A DNA stretch of 63,673 bases, the filler included, from Lenisia limosa (taxonomy: Eukaryota; Protista; Breviatea): the NCBI GenBank assembly GCA_001655205.1. It is 8 parts of 8 records of this genome, joined end to end, with 100 filler letters (N's around TTAATTAATTAA, not from the genome) between each part and the next. Parts side by side here need not be neighbours in the genome. Positions count along the whole stretch, not along the records: positions 1 to 5,881 come from LPNZ01005079.1; positions 5,982 to 11,733 come from LPNZ01009270.1; positions 11,834 to 30,916 come from LPNZ01010579.1; 5 more parts are not named here. One strand, given 5' to 3'. The notes under the pieces were generated by a model, which searched no databases, had not been told where the DNA came from, and saw only the letters and a list, made by a program, of their open reading frames with translations. Made by a program: the position numbers and the translations under genes. Position 1 is the stretch's first letter, and each line of letters begins with the position of its first letter. This document shows positions 1 through 12,630 of the stretch, piece by piece.

Positions 1-497
1 AGTCAATCTCTAGACCTTTTTTTCAAAATGACGGAAAAGTGCTTCTATTTTCGGTAATACTTCTCATGTTAAAAACTGGACCAATATGGTCCGGTGGTCC
101 ATAAAAGGATAGAAAGTTGTTTCCGCTATGTAAACTCCCAAAAGTCGAAGCCTGTCAAAGATGTTAATAAAATACTGATTTTTGAGATTTTCTGCTGTTA
201 TTTCATTGAAGGCAAGTCCTTTCGGAAGTGACAAAATTTTTGGAAAAACTCAAAACAACCCAGAAATTGAATGTGGTATGAAAACTGGGCTAAAAATTGG
301 TTTCTGCGGCTTTAAAACTCAAAATAACAATTAATGACCTATTTTAGGACCGCGAGCATATATGATATATACATCCATTATACATATACATAGTATATAT
401 TATATCATATGTAGTATGTAATATGTATGTGTAATAGTCAATCGAGGCTTCACAATGGCATAAAAAGGGTATTACCAATTTAAAATTCAAAACCAAC

Positions 498-3400
498 CTG
501 AATAGGATCAAGAGGTTCGACATCAAGAATTGTTTCTCCATAATCAAGAGGTGGCTCCTCATCATCAAAAGGCTTAATAAAAAGTAAACTAAAAACTGGG
601 AACCTCATTCTCTTAAAATGAGTCCTATCTCTTTTTTCCCTTCTCATCATTGTCCACATTGATCCCCATTGTGCAATAAATACTGGCTCAATTACCCTTG
701 GTATCTCATTCACAAAGGTAATAGCACCAGTAATGTGGTAGAGAATTCTTACCTCCCTTGCCTGCTCCCATGGCCTGTATAATAAGATCAATACTATCGT
801 GAACCCAAAATAATACATGTATAATACAATATCAATTGTTATAACATTCATAAATACAGTCAATTAGATAGGTGATATTGGAATTAAGTTTCTCGTTTCA
901 GAGTTGTCATAGCAAACGCTTTTACTCAAATATTCAGCCATCTCAGTAAATTGATGACTTTTCAATGAGTTATTTTTTACTTTTGAGAAGATTTATTTTG
1001 GGTAAAACAATGAAATCAGACATTTAAACGGCACATCAACCATCATGACCACTGTATATGAGCCAAAAAAATGAACAATTCAAAATATGATCTTTCTCCT
1101 TCTCGCGACATTCCGATGGTCACCCCATATCCCCCCCCCCCNNNNNNNNNNNNNNNNNNNNNNNNNNNNNNNNNNNNNNNNNNNNNNNNNNNNNNNNNNN
1201 NNNNNNNNNNNNNNNNTTCTTTCTTTAAATCGTTCAATCAAAGTGAGTACGACTCGGTTAAATAGGTAACCTCAGGTAAGTTCAATTTTGTTGATGTTTG
1301 CTTCCTTTATTGCTGCTTTTCATATATACTTATATCTGAGGCGCCAAAAACGTGTCGGTTTTAAACCGCGTAAGTTTAAATTTTTGACTGTCACAGGGCC
1401 TTCTAACTAAGTTATATCTTACTTATGACTTCAGAAATGGAAAAATCTGGAATAAGAAAATTTTTTTCAAAAAGTTCAGTTCACAGTCGAGCTCTCTTTC
1501 CGGTCTGAAGAAGATTCAAAACTTCAAAACAGAGTGTTACACCTTCTCCACCATCAAAGATGCAACTAACTGATAAAACCTTACACTTAAGACTAAAAAC
1601 AGGTTGTGTCATGAGTCCCAGGTTATCACAATTAGTTTCAGTGTCATTTAGCAACTCTCCTCCGTCTTTTCTAATCTCTGAGATATTATTATTGCTCTAT
1701 TTATTGTTACATTCATTTTGGATTTTGTATGAGCTGATTCAAATTCATGAAAACTCCAGTTTTTCTAAATATATATGCTACATTTCCGACAGTCAGTTTT
1801 CAGTCAGTTTTTTCAGTAGTTTTCCAGCGAAATCATTTTATTCTGGAAACCCCCAAAACTCTTGGAAAATTCGAGTTATGTACGATGTAGGTCTGCTTAC
1901 TTACAAATGAGGAGACCTCAAGCATGAGGCTAGTGAGGCTGGCTTTTTTGATATCTTTACAGATCGCTAACTGTTTCCAGGTTTTGTCCTTTTGTGCTGA
2001 TCTGATAGATGAAATATAGAGCATGAATTGATCCTTAGTGGGAATACTCTTCGCGAAAATAAGAGAAACCCAAATAAACAAACAAAACCTCAAGTTATTT
2101 AATTCAGTGTCAAATAAAACACCCCAAAAACTTCTGGATGGGTTCAAAGGAGTCTTCTTTCTCCTTGCAAGGCTTTTTGGCAGGGGGAGGAGGAGAGAGT
2201 TGACGATCAGAGGAAGAAGACTGACTTTTGGACGGCTTTGGCGAAAGTGTTCCCTTTTTTGATTGTTCGCGAGCCATTAAACGTGTTTAGAAAGGAAAAG
2301 AAAACTTAACTACCCTTCGAAGGACAGAGAGAAATCAAAATAAAACAGAATATAACACTTAATCAGGTCTGTAAGTTTAGCTACTCATTAATAATACTAC
2401 AAGAGTTTAATGTGAGCTTTTGATTGAAAAACAGCATGTGACAATATGAAATATGTCTTGTTTTGTTTAAGTTGGTAAAAGGTTTTTTTTTTTGCACTTT
2501 ATGGTGGCTAACTGGCTCGCTTGGCTTGGGCTAGGGAGACTAATGAGATAATAAGAATAAGAAGTTAAAACGTCAAAAGGTACGGAGATTCAGTTTTGAA
2601 GAATGAAATTGTGAAATTGACAAAGAAACAAAGAAAAAAGTACATTCACAGTCTTCAACCACCAAATACCATTAGAAGAAACAAACAAACATAAACAAAA
2701 CATAACAAGACAGAACCTAAACCGAAGCCGTTGAAGTTGGCGTGAGAGGAACACTATACAATACAATTCATCTTCCATCTCAGGAGGATTATTCAAACTC
2801 ATTGTCATCAATACTCACGAACACTTAAAAAAAAAAAAAAAAAAAAAANNNNNNNNNNNNNNNNNNNNNNNNNNNNNNNNNNNNNNNNNNNNNNNNNNNN
2901 AGGCCGAACAAAAGTCATAGACCTTGCGGAAGAAAAAGAGACAGTACGGAATCAACAACTTGATAGATGAGAAATCCATAGAAAGCTGGAGGCGAAGAGA
3001 ATGTAGAAAACAAATGATGATGTGATCATCTTTCCAAAGATCTGGAAGATACACAACTCACCCCCTTCAAGAAAGTCTTCATCAGACATAATAACGGTGC
3101 GAATTGGCCATTGAGGCATCGGCTTAAGAAAGAACTTGGAGAGTCAAAGCCATTCTGTTTGGCATGGGCGAAGACGTTGTGCATGTTGGGAACGCCAACA
3201 AACGAAGCAGCAGTCAGAATTGGAGTGAAACGGTTAAAAAACGAAACGCGTGAACGCTTGGAAAGACATTGAGAAGTAGCTTATCACCAGAGAAAGCTTC
3301 TTGGCGTCTTGAAGGGAGTAGATTGGAATATAACTTGTAAGTACCAACTGAATGCTTATAAAACAGGATAAATGTTTAAATACTGCACTATATTTGACAG

Positions 3401-4838
3401 AAATATCTGACAGCCACTTTGATCTCAAAATGATCTCCATCCAATCCAGTCAGTTCCAAAGATCAACAGATCTTCTTTTGTTAGAGAAAAAACAATATAA
3501 AGAAAAAATACTAGTTAGACTGAATACGCTCCTATATTGAATATTGGCCTTCTTCTGCTCCACTAACTCGACCTTTCCGTTGCTACGGCCACTCGTTAGC
3601 TCAGCGAAGAAAAAAATTATATCGCCGGAAAAAGCACTCGCACTCGCAGAAAAAATAAAAACACTCAAAATTCATTCAAAATTCGACAAATTAGAACCAA
3701 AAAAAAAATACAGATTAAATGCTGAAACAAAAAAACCAACAATCTCTGGAGCTGAAAGAATTCACATGGAGAAAATGACAGTTAATGATCATCATAAAAA
3801 GTACCCTGGATGGATGGTTGGTCAAACAATATTCCGGATGGCTGATGGAAAGTGAAACATTCTTCCAAAAGAGCACTTTCCGCCCTCTTAAATGAAATAA
3901 AGAAGCAGTCCGTGATTTTTCTTGGCGCTTACAGTTGTTTCCAACCGAAAATACTCTTGCCTCCAGGTTCGTAATGTTCAAGCAGGAAAAGCTCTCGTTA
4001 GCTCCGCGACAGAAAAACTCCCGCCTTATAGGAAGTTTTGTCTAAGCGAATTCAATAATTTCCACGCGAAATCCCACTTGGACTTGCCCGACTGGTCTTC
4101 TTCTGCTCCATAAAACTCGACCTTTCTGTTGCTATGGACACTTGTTTGCTTCACTTCATTCCTTTAAACTCGTGGACTTCACTTTGGAAAAAAAACTTTC
4201 AGGATACTCTTGTTGTGTGTAAAACCCCCGACACCAGTGTTTTCCGGAAAATTTACTGTATTTTTCAGGAAGACTCCCCCAAAACTCTTGGAAAGCTCCC
4301 ATTCCTCCCCTTCGAGAATGTTCTTTGCCTCCAACTTTTCAGCATCCAGCAAATGATCATCAGTATCAGTGGATAATCAAATATCATTATTATTTTCATC
4401 ATTTAAAACAAAATTCCTGATAACATAAATAAATTTGCTGCTTATAATGGGCAAAGATAAAAAAAAAAGTTTGCTTACATTGGCATGTTCTCCAATAATT
4501 TAATGATCGAATGAGGAACGTACTTCAAAGCCCCTAGATAGACTCTTTTATCTTGCCTAAACTTCTTCCCTGTCATATCACCATGGTCCTGAAATTTATT
4601 ACTCTATATCTCACCTTCACAATTTTCCTAAGATGTTCTGCTGGCATTTCTTCATTTTGATGCTCCTCAAATCCAAACTTCCTCTTATCAGAGTATCGCT
4701 TTGAATTCATATTCTTCCATTTCACAGCTTACTTAAAATAAAAAAAAACAACCTTTTGCTTCCAGTTCGTCCCTCGTGAGCTCAATCTTTGGTCCAGAAA
4801 AGTTCTACGAAATTTACTTCAAAATCACAACTTACCAT
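498..4838 (-). CDS. PRPF8: Pre-mRNA splicing factor Prp8, 5' part (continues off the left edge). Exons 4838-4836, 4804-4753, 4727-4615, 4588-4479, 774-597, 572-498
   Basis: The spliced translation [163 protein letters not shown] is colinear with the conserved Prp8 N-terminus (PRO8NT). All junctions are GT-AG. Confidence 0.96.
1481..2277 (-). CDS. Unidentified spliced ORF nested inside the 3.7-kb PRPF8 intron (possibly TE cargo)
   Basis: Open segments [17 protein letters not shown]..., [31 protein letters not shown]...EVSSF|gtaag and ag|[16 protein letters not shown]...RARL*. No firm homology recognised. Confidence 0.35.
2901..4375 (-). mobile_element. Decayed Mutator-like (MULE) transposase inside the PRPF8 intron
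   Basis: ...[14 protein letters not shown] / [32 protein letters not shown]|[14 protein letters not shown] resembles the MULE core (VGV...W.L..FL..M...P..IxSD...CxxH). Upstream is an HTH-like segment ([22 protein letters not shown]) with several stops and frameshifts. Confidence 0.6.
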
Positions 4839-5881
4839 TTTAGGACACACAATAACCAAGAAATATATACTGAAAAAAAACCTCACTTCAAAACAAAGGA
4901 CCAAACACATGCAAACAATACACAATATGATATTTAGACTTGCTCAATTTATCTAGGTATACTTAGTTTTTTACAATACAATCTTCCTCCCAGATGTGGT
5001 GTTTTTGAGGATTTATTTTTGGTAATTTAACATAGGAGGTATATATATATATATGTATGCCTCCTGGGCCTTTTGCTTTTCGCAACCTTTTCGAGGTTGC
5101 TTTTTGTCCAAATGCATTTCCCGAATAGGTTCTGATAGGACAAGGGTTAACCAAAGGTACTTTTGAAATCTTGGGAGATCGGAATGTGGAAGGTTCTGAT
5201 TTCTTCAAATAATCAGTTGTATACCCGGCTAGTTGGCGTGCTATACAGCATAGTAGTGTTTGATTAATGTTGTAAACCCTGCAATAACTGAACTTTTCAT
5301 TATGGCTAGAGATACAGCTAAATCAGGCATTTTTTTGGCTTGGAAAATTCCGAGCGCAGCTTGTTAGGCCGGTCATTCAGAACCCATTGCGCATATTTCA
5401 TAGCCGTTTTTTTGTAGTTCGTTGCTTATGTAGTATTATTTTTGTATGAAGTGTGTAATTTTTAACCTGTTTGTTAACTGGCGTACTGGCGTGTATTTTA
5501 CTTTTGGTTTATTAATAAGACAACGTTGTAAATCGTAATACTGAGCCATGGGGTAGTAGAGGAGATCTGGAGCTGAAAATCTGTCATTTCAGAGCTGCAG
5601 CCTAATATTCACACCACCTCCTCTGATATAACGCAAAATAGCAAAAATCACCATAAGTCAAGAAAGGAACTGAAAAAAGACAGGTATTTTGGTGAGAAAA
5701 GGCAGACTTTTGGCCAGTTTACCCTCTTTTTGCCTCTTCTCTTGGTTCGCGTTTGAGCTATTTAAGACAAAGTTCAAGAGCTTAAGAGGATCAGAGTACC
5801 CCTAGTCGACTTCCTAGGTGACACCACGAAACTTTTTTAGCCGTATTTACAGCATTCTATTGACCTGTGATGCATTAGATT

Positions 5882-5981
5882 NNNNNNNNNNNNNNNNNNN
5901 NNNNNNNNNNNNNNNNNNNNNNNNNTTAATTAATTAANNNNNNNNNNNNNNNNNNNNNNNNNNNNNNNNNNNNNNNNNNNN
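5882..5981. other. Artificial scaffold linker (N-TTAATTAATTAA-N); also at 11734-11833, 30917-31016, 36343-36442, 52915-53014, 56031-56110, 60990-61089
   Basis: The same all-frame-stop 12-mer is embedded in N runs seven times, and genes are truncated at these points. Confidence 0.97.
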
Positions 5982-6208
5982 GGCAAAAAGGTACTAACCA
6001 CGAACCGAATAATCTGAAACTCCAAACAAACAAAAAAAAAACAAGCAATAACAAACACGAACAACCAACGCTAAAACTAGACAAAAACCGGATGACAAAA
6101 ACACATTTGAACATTTATCAAACAAAACAAAAAAAAAACAACTAGGGAGTGGGAGTGTAAACCGAAGGAAATATCGATGGCTCCATGGTAGAGGCCTTTA
6201 TTGCATTT

Positions 6209-9200
6209 CTAAACCCTGGACCCAACTTTATTGCGTGCAATGCGTCTCTTTTCTTCGCGCTCTTTTCTTCCATCGGAAATACCCTCGCGGATCTTAGCCA
6301 TTTCTGCATATGTTAAGATGAGGTCTAATAATAATAACGATGAATAAAATAATAATAAAAAAACTATCATTATACATTGTCCGAAGCGGTCCACAAAATC
6401 GCGTACATGAATACAGGTATAAGAATGTGCACATACGTACATGTACATGTTATGAATTTCCCAAAACAACAAGTGTCCGCTCGATATTCATCTTTTCAAG
6501 ACCACTGGGTTTCATTGAGGTCCTTCTCTTAACACTCGCGAGCCGCTCCATCAAGAGGACCAAAACAACAACAACAAAAAAAAAACACTTCACACCTTGT
6601 GCGTATGCCTCATCTTGCTCATCAACAACGCTTTCTTCGTCATCGTGGGGAGAGGGTGCAAAGAATGCTGAAAAGTAATTCATAATTCCGATATTCATAA
6701 TACCGATATCATAATACCGATATTCATAATACCAGCATTCATTCATAATATCCTCTCTCTTTCTCAATATCATACCAACTCATTACTAATACGTATAGTA
6801 CCCCCCCCCCCCANNNNNNNNNNNNNNNNNNNNNNNNNNNNNNNNNNNNNNNNNNNNNNNNNNNNNNNNNNNNNNNNNNNNNNNNNNNNNNNNNNNNNNN
6901 NNNNNNNNNNNNNNNNNNNNNNNNNNNNNNNNNNNNNNNNNNNNNNNNNNNNNNNNNNNNNNNNNNNNNNNNNNNNNNNNNNNNNNNNNNNNNTTTTCGT
7001 TGATAGCAATGAACATCGAAAGAGGGCCGTCTGGGAGTAAAATTGGAAAATTTATGAAATTAAAAAAAAGCCCAAAATCAATTCTATTGAAGACTATATC
7101 ATGTAGTCAGATAGAAGAAGAAGAAGAAGAAGAAGAAGAAGAAGAAGAAGAAGAAGAAGAAAAAGAAGAAGAATAATAAGAATAATAATAATAATAACAA
7201 GACAATAAGCTTACTTGATCTGTGATGGATGTCTTCGAGCTGAACAGTCCTGTCCGCTGCCCTTGTAAGGCGACTTATAAGGTCGGCTTTCTAAAGGTGT
7301 TTGTTGGATCAAGGAAATATACAGTGACCGGGATAAGTCTTGACCGATTTGCTATGTGATTTCACAAGGAAAATCAAACAAATTCAAATTTTTCAACTCG
7401 TTTTATCAGCAAAAGAAATACTAATTATTACCCCCAACAACTGGGAAAATATTATATTTATCGAGGTTTTATCGAGTTGCTTTAAGAATTCCCCTTACCT
7501 TTCCGACAGGGGACAAGTTCAGGCTTTTCAACTCGTCTTTCAACTCATGGACCTTCCACACCTGCAAAATTAGTATCAGGGTAAAGAACAATTGCTGCTA
7601 TGTCCATGGAATTTATTCATAATATCCACGGGCCCTGTAATAGGAATATAGACCCAATAAAAGGAATGCCCCCATATATTTTTGTTTTTTTGATTTATTG
7701 ATATCTAAAATAATATGATAAATGTATTAATATTACATGCAGCAAAAAATCATATAATATATAATATATAATATATCATATAGCAATGATAAATCAAAAA
7801 TAAGATTGTATCTGACCGAAGCCGTCCACACTATCGCGCTAATAAGATGTATTGGATTATAGTATAAACCCAATCATTTGCCTTACAACAAAATATAATA
7901 CAGTGAAGCAAGGGATACCTAAGAACAAATTAGCCGCCCCCCCTCCTCTTGTTTTGATTTATTTGTTACCTTGAATAATATGAGTGTGCATTAAAATATA
8001 ATATATATCCCCCCTCACTTCGGTTCAAAAAAAGACTGAATTTTTTCAGTCTTTTTCGAACCGAAGTGAAGCCCCAAATACACCCCTCACTTCAGGGGTC
8101 AGGGGCTTCTTAGGCGTAAACGCCTCGACCTTGTGAGCTGCTTCGAGGACCTGTTCTCTGTCCGCTCCGAGCCTGGGGGGTGAGTAAATGGGGGGATGGT
8201 ATGAATAGACATTATAAGGTAGATAAATACCCACCCCCAATTACAAGTTGAATAAGTNNNNNNNNNNNNNNNNNNNNNNNNNNNNNNNNNNNNNNNNNNN
8301 NNNNNNNNNNNNNNNNNNNNNNNNNNNNNNNNNNNNTAGGGGTGAAGGGCGAAAAGGTCTGACCGGAGGATTTCTTGGAGATCGGGGTTTTGAAGAGGGT
8401 GTTGACGGTGGGGGGCTTTTTGAAGGGAGTCAACGCGCTGCGTGTGCGCATCTATGATGGTAAAAGTTTGTGTGACAGTTTTGTGATAAATAATAATGTG
8501 TGATTATGTGATGAATGTTGATTTGGTAAATATCGATAAAAGTTTATGCTGCAAAATGTTTATTTGGTATAGCTCCAATCATATGCTTTTCTCCTGTCCA
8601 AAAAACCTTGATAATGATGGCATCCAAAAGAACACNNNNNNNNNNNNNNNNNNNNNNNNNNNNNNNNNNNNNNNNNNNNNNNNNNNNNNNNNNNNNNNNN
8701 NNNNNNNNNNNNNNNNNNNNNNNNNNNNNNNNNNNNNNNNNNNNNNNNNNNNNNNNNNNNNNATTTTGCCCAAAAAACCTTGATGGGGGTGGGTTGCGCC
8801 AGGGTCTTGATACGCAGAATTTTGGCTTGCTAGAGAGTGAAGACGCTGATGGCAGAAAAGGAGAACAAGTAAAATGAAAATGAAAACGGGATTTTGCAAT
8901 TAAATCTTGAAACAAGAAATAATATCATATTATATCCATATAAATTTTATCCAATATAGGAAAATAAATAAAAACATAGGGATACTAGATANNNNNNNNN
9001 NNNNNNNNNNNNNNNNNNNNNNNNNNNNNNNNNNNNNNNNNNNNNNNNNNNNNNNNNNNNNNNNNNNNNNNNNNNNNNNNNNNNNNNNNNNNNNNNNNNN
9101 NNNNNNNNNNNNNNNNNNNNNNNNNNNNNNNNNNNNNNNNNNNNNNNNNNNNNNNNNNNNNNNNNNATGAAAATAAGCAAAATTTCTATTAGAGAGAAAT

Positions 9201-9464
9201 AACAGAATTATGTAAAATGGGTAAATAGAGAATAAAGGGAATATGGATACAAAAGGAAGGCAATCAAATCATAATAAAAACAATTAAGTAGCAATACTGA
9301 CAAAATTATACTCAAGACAACTAATTTCAAAACCCCTTTGCACACGCAGATCAAAAACGCAGAACAAGATCACGCCATACCCTGGTTCCGCTGGAAGGAA
9401 GGCCGATATTCTCCAATTCCTTTGATAACTCCTCATCATTGAGATTATCTGGATTCGCTACCAT
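6209..9464 (-). CDS. Multi-exon SAP-domain (DNA/RNA-binding) protein with two SAP motifs and a Ser/Thr-Pro-rich middle
   Basis: Exons give MVANPDNLNDEELSKELENIGLPSSGTR and VWKVHELKDELKSLNLSPVGK|KADLISRL (SAP consensus). The last exon is EMAKIREG...VGSRV*. Some exons fall in N gaps. Confidence 0.7.
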
Positions 9465-9797
9465 TATGAATGGCTCTAAGGAGACCTTTGACGGTCGACT
9501 GCTGTCTGCAAAGTTTTTTCAGCAATTATTTGTGCCTTATTATCTTTAATAAATACTTATAAGTCTGATACTCGTGTTTTAATGGGAATTTTCTTCAGAA
9601 ACCACTCACTTTTAAGAGAAACACTGGTACACCATTTCAGTAAAAAATAATCAGGCAAAAAAACCAAAAACCAGGAATCTCATGGTGCTGAACCATAGCA
9701 TCTAGGACAACTGAGCGTATTTTGAATTGACTATCTCGGCTGAGTCCACGGATTTCCTGGTTTCCGCGTTATCTAAGCCACGACGTTGTAATTAACC

Positions 9798-11733
9798 ATG
9801 TCTATCACTTCGGACGAGGTTAATTACCTCCTGTTCCGATACCTACAGGAAGCTGGTGAGATTCCCTTACCTCCCCTTTTTTTTTATGATCTTTCCAGGC
9901 TTCACGCATACGGCCTTCTCCTTCGCTAACGAGTCTCTTATTCACAAAGCTGGTATCAACCATGAACATGTCGGCATTTCTCTCTTCCCCCCCTACTACC
10001 TTGATCGTTTTCAACCCCCCTGACTGCCTCTCAATCTCTGCGTTTTGTATCGTTTTGATACTTCTTTCCTGTGCTGGTATTAATTTTAAAACATTTTAGA
10101 GAAGTTAGCGTGATTATTTATGTATACTGCACTGAGCTCAGGTGGACTTCATCTGTTGAAATCCATTTCACCTAGTGTTTCATAAATCCCCCCCCCCCCT
10201 CCCTGGAGTGATGGGGNNNNNNNNNNNNNNNNNNNNNNNNNNNNNNNNNNNNNNNNNNNNNNNNNNNNNNNNNNNNNNNNNNNNNNNNNNNNNNNNNNNN
10301 NNNNNNNNNNNNNNNNNNNNNNNNNNNNNNNNNNNNNNNNNNNNNNNNNNNNNNNNNNNNNNNNNNNNNNNNNNNNNNNNNNNNNNNNNNNATTTCGAGA
10401 ATACTATTAATGCATAGGCACTAATCACGAAACAAATAATCTGAAAGATGTTTTCAATATAATACAATACACTTTTCGTTTCTCTATTGACGGATTAGGA
10501 CGGAACCGAAATCGAATGCGAAAAGCCCTTCAGGTAAGTGGTTGCACGGTACTCGCAGTTTCCCTTTAATGATGTCTGCGTTCATTAAAGGGGTTGTTTC
10601 CAGTTAAAGATGTTGGGGTTGATAGAGGGCTTGTTTGGAAGGACAAAAAAGCCCTCTCTGTATCCTTACATTTCCCCTCCCCCCCTCATCAAAATTTTCT
10701 TCGTTTACTTTTGGGCTTTGATTTGTTTTATTACCTCCCACTCCGGGCGTTGTTTGTTTCACCTCCCTTGAGCCACCCCCTGTCCCCCTGTGCATCCCCT
10801 TCTTCATCCGTTGTAATTTCATTGTTATAACAATTTTCCAATTGTCTACTGGAGTGATNNNNNNNNNNNNNNNNNNNNNNNNNNNNNNNNNNNNNNNNNN
10901 NNNNNNNNNNNNNNNNNNNNNNGTTGATTTCGGGCTTTTTTTATTTAGTCAATTTTCCAATTTCACCCCCTCAAATATAGATCAAGCCGCTCAGTTAACT
11001 TTCCAAATAACCCTGCTTTACTGTTGTAGCACTAGCAATTAACCTCTGCAGTCTGTTAGACCCCCACGTATGTACGGACAAAAAAGCCAAGGCCTCGCGC
11101 AAGACCATAAGAGCAGAGGAGGCTTTCAAGCTAATCTCCAACGACAACATTGTGCCTCTTGTCGGCCATCATGGAGAGGTCTTCTGCGTCATGTTCAACC
11201 CCTCAAAGCCTATCATTGCGACAGGGTGGGATGGGACGTCCTGCTGAATTTCGATCGGTCTTCAAGTGGATGTGATGGTTGTTACGGTTCGAAAATTTTG
11301 AATTTCTGGATAAATTCTTGATTAATATCGATATTTTATCGGACTTTTTTCAAACCGAAGTGAAATTGTTGGTAGGATGTCGCGTCTTGCTGCTTTTGAC
11401 CGGATTTTACGGGATGTGGTGATTACCTTGACGGAATTTCCTTCATTTTACTCTCTGCTTGTTATTGCTTGTTTTTTTGTTTGTTTGGAGTTTCAGATGA
11501 TTCGTTTCGTGATTAGTACCCTTACGCCAATATTCTTCATCAAAAATTCCTTCCGACTCCCCACTAATATCAACAAATATCACCCCTCTTGGACTTCTTT
11601 TTTCGCATTAATTGTCCAATTTTACTCCCTAGATGCGGAGATAGCACGGCCCGGCTCTGGACTGCGCCGGCACTTCTCGAGTCCGTCGTGGTTCTCGAGC
11701 ATGACTCATCTCAGAAGAGTGACGTCACCGCTG
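9798..11733 (+). CDS. TBL1XR1: TBL1/TBL1XR1-like LisH + WD40 protein, 5' part (truncated at linker)
   Basis: MSITSDEVNYLLFRYLQEA|GFTHTAFSFANES...PFS|LLDPHVC...LVGHHGEVFCVMFNPSKPIIATG|CGDSTARLW...KSDVTA matches the TBL1 LisH domain and first WD repeats. ATG is 333 bp from the divergent SAP gene ATG. Confidence 0.9.
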
Positions 11734-11956
11734 NNNNNNNNNNNNNNNNNNNNNNNNNNNNNNNNNNNNNNNNNNNNTTAATTAATTAANNNNNNNNNNN
11801 NNNNNNNNNNNNNNNNNNNNNNNNNNNNNNNNNACTTTAACCCACATAATCTAACCTACCCGCAATCATACCGTTGACAATTTCTTAATAAGTCCTCGAA
11901 AACTATCGATATTTTAGAGGTATTTAAATATTATCCGCAGCCCCTAACCTCCACAG

Positions 11957-12284
11957 GGCACATGCCCCGACAATAAGGTCCCAGTTCAGCCGACAATGCC
12001 GTGGACGTGTTCTTTCGAGTCTGGATGGTCCGAAGAAATCCAGTGCATTAGTGGGGGCGGTGTTCTTATTGTGTTAATTATTATGCATTATGCGGTTATG
12101 ATTGCGGAATATACTATAATTCAATAACTCTTATAAGCGAGGTCATGTGGACGGTTTCGGCCAGATACAACCTTGTTTTTATTATTATTATGCTGTTGCT
12201 GGAGCTTTTGTCTCAATAATGGCAGTTGTTATTGTGGTGGTCTTAGGCTTTGGGCTTTTAGCATCTGTAGTGGCATTGAAAATA
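11957..12284 (+). CDS. 3' end of a Cys-containing single-pass membrane protein
   Basis: Exon GTCPDNKVPVQPTMPWTCSFESGWSEEIQCI, then a hydrophobic tail YYYYAVAGAFVSIMAVVIVVVLGFGLLASVVALK*. Confidence 0.5.
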
Positions 12285-12630
12285 ATATGAGAGCCTTTTT
12301 TTTTATTTTGATATTTATGGTGTAAGCATAGTTATTAGGTCGCGGTATTGGTCTCCTATTAAGATAGAGCTTCACTTTCGGTTCCAAAATAAGAATCCTC
12401 GATAATTCCTCGGTAAATATAGATTACCTTTAAGTGTCAAGCATATTCTTGGGAAGTAAAATATCCATATCCATATTATGTCTTGGAGCTTCAGTCTCCA
12501 TGCTTAATAAATATAATTCAGTTTTTGAAGCGGGATATACTGTGCCATTTTTGAAATTGAAATTTCAATTTTTGTCATTTCTTATCATTTTGTCAATAAG
12601 TTATTTATATGTTCTAACTTCTCCCTCCAG

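Noticed and set aside
5927-5938. TTAATTAATTAA palindrome recurring seven times
   Set aside because: It is always embedded in N runs at gene truncations, so it is an artificial all-frame-stop linker and not biology.
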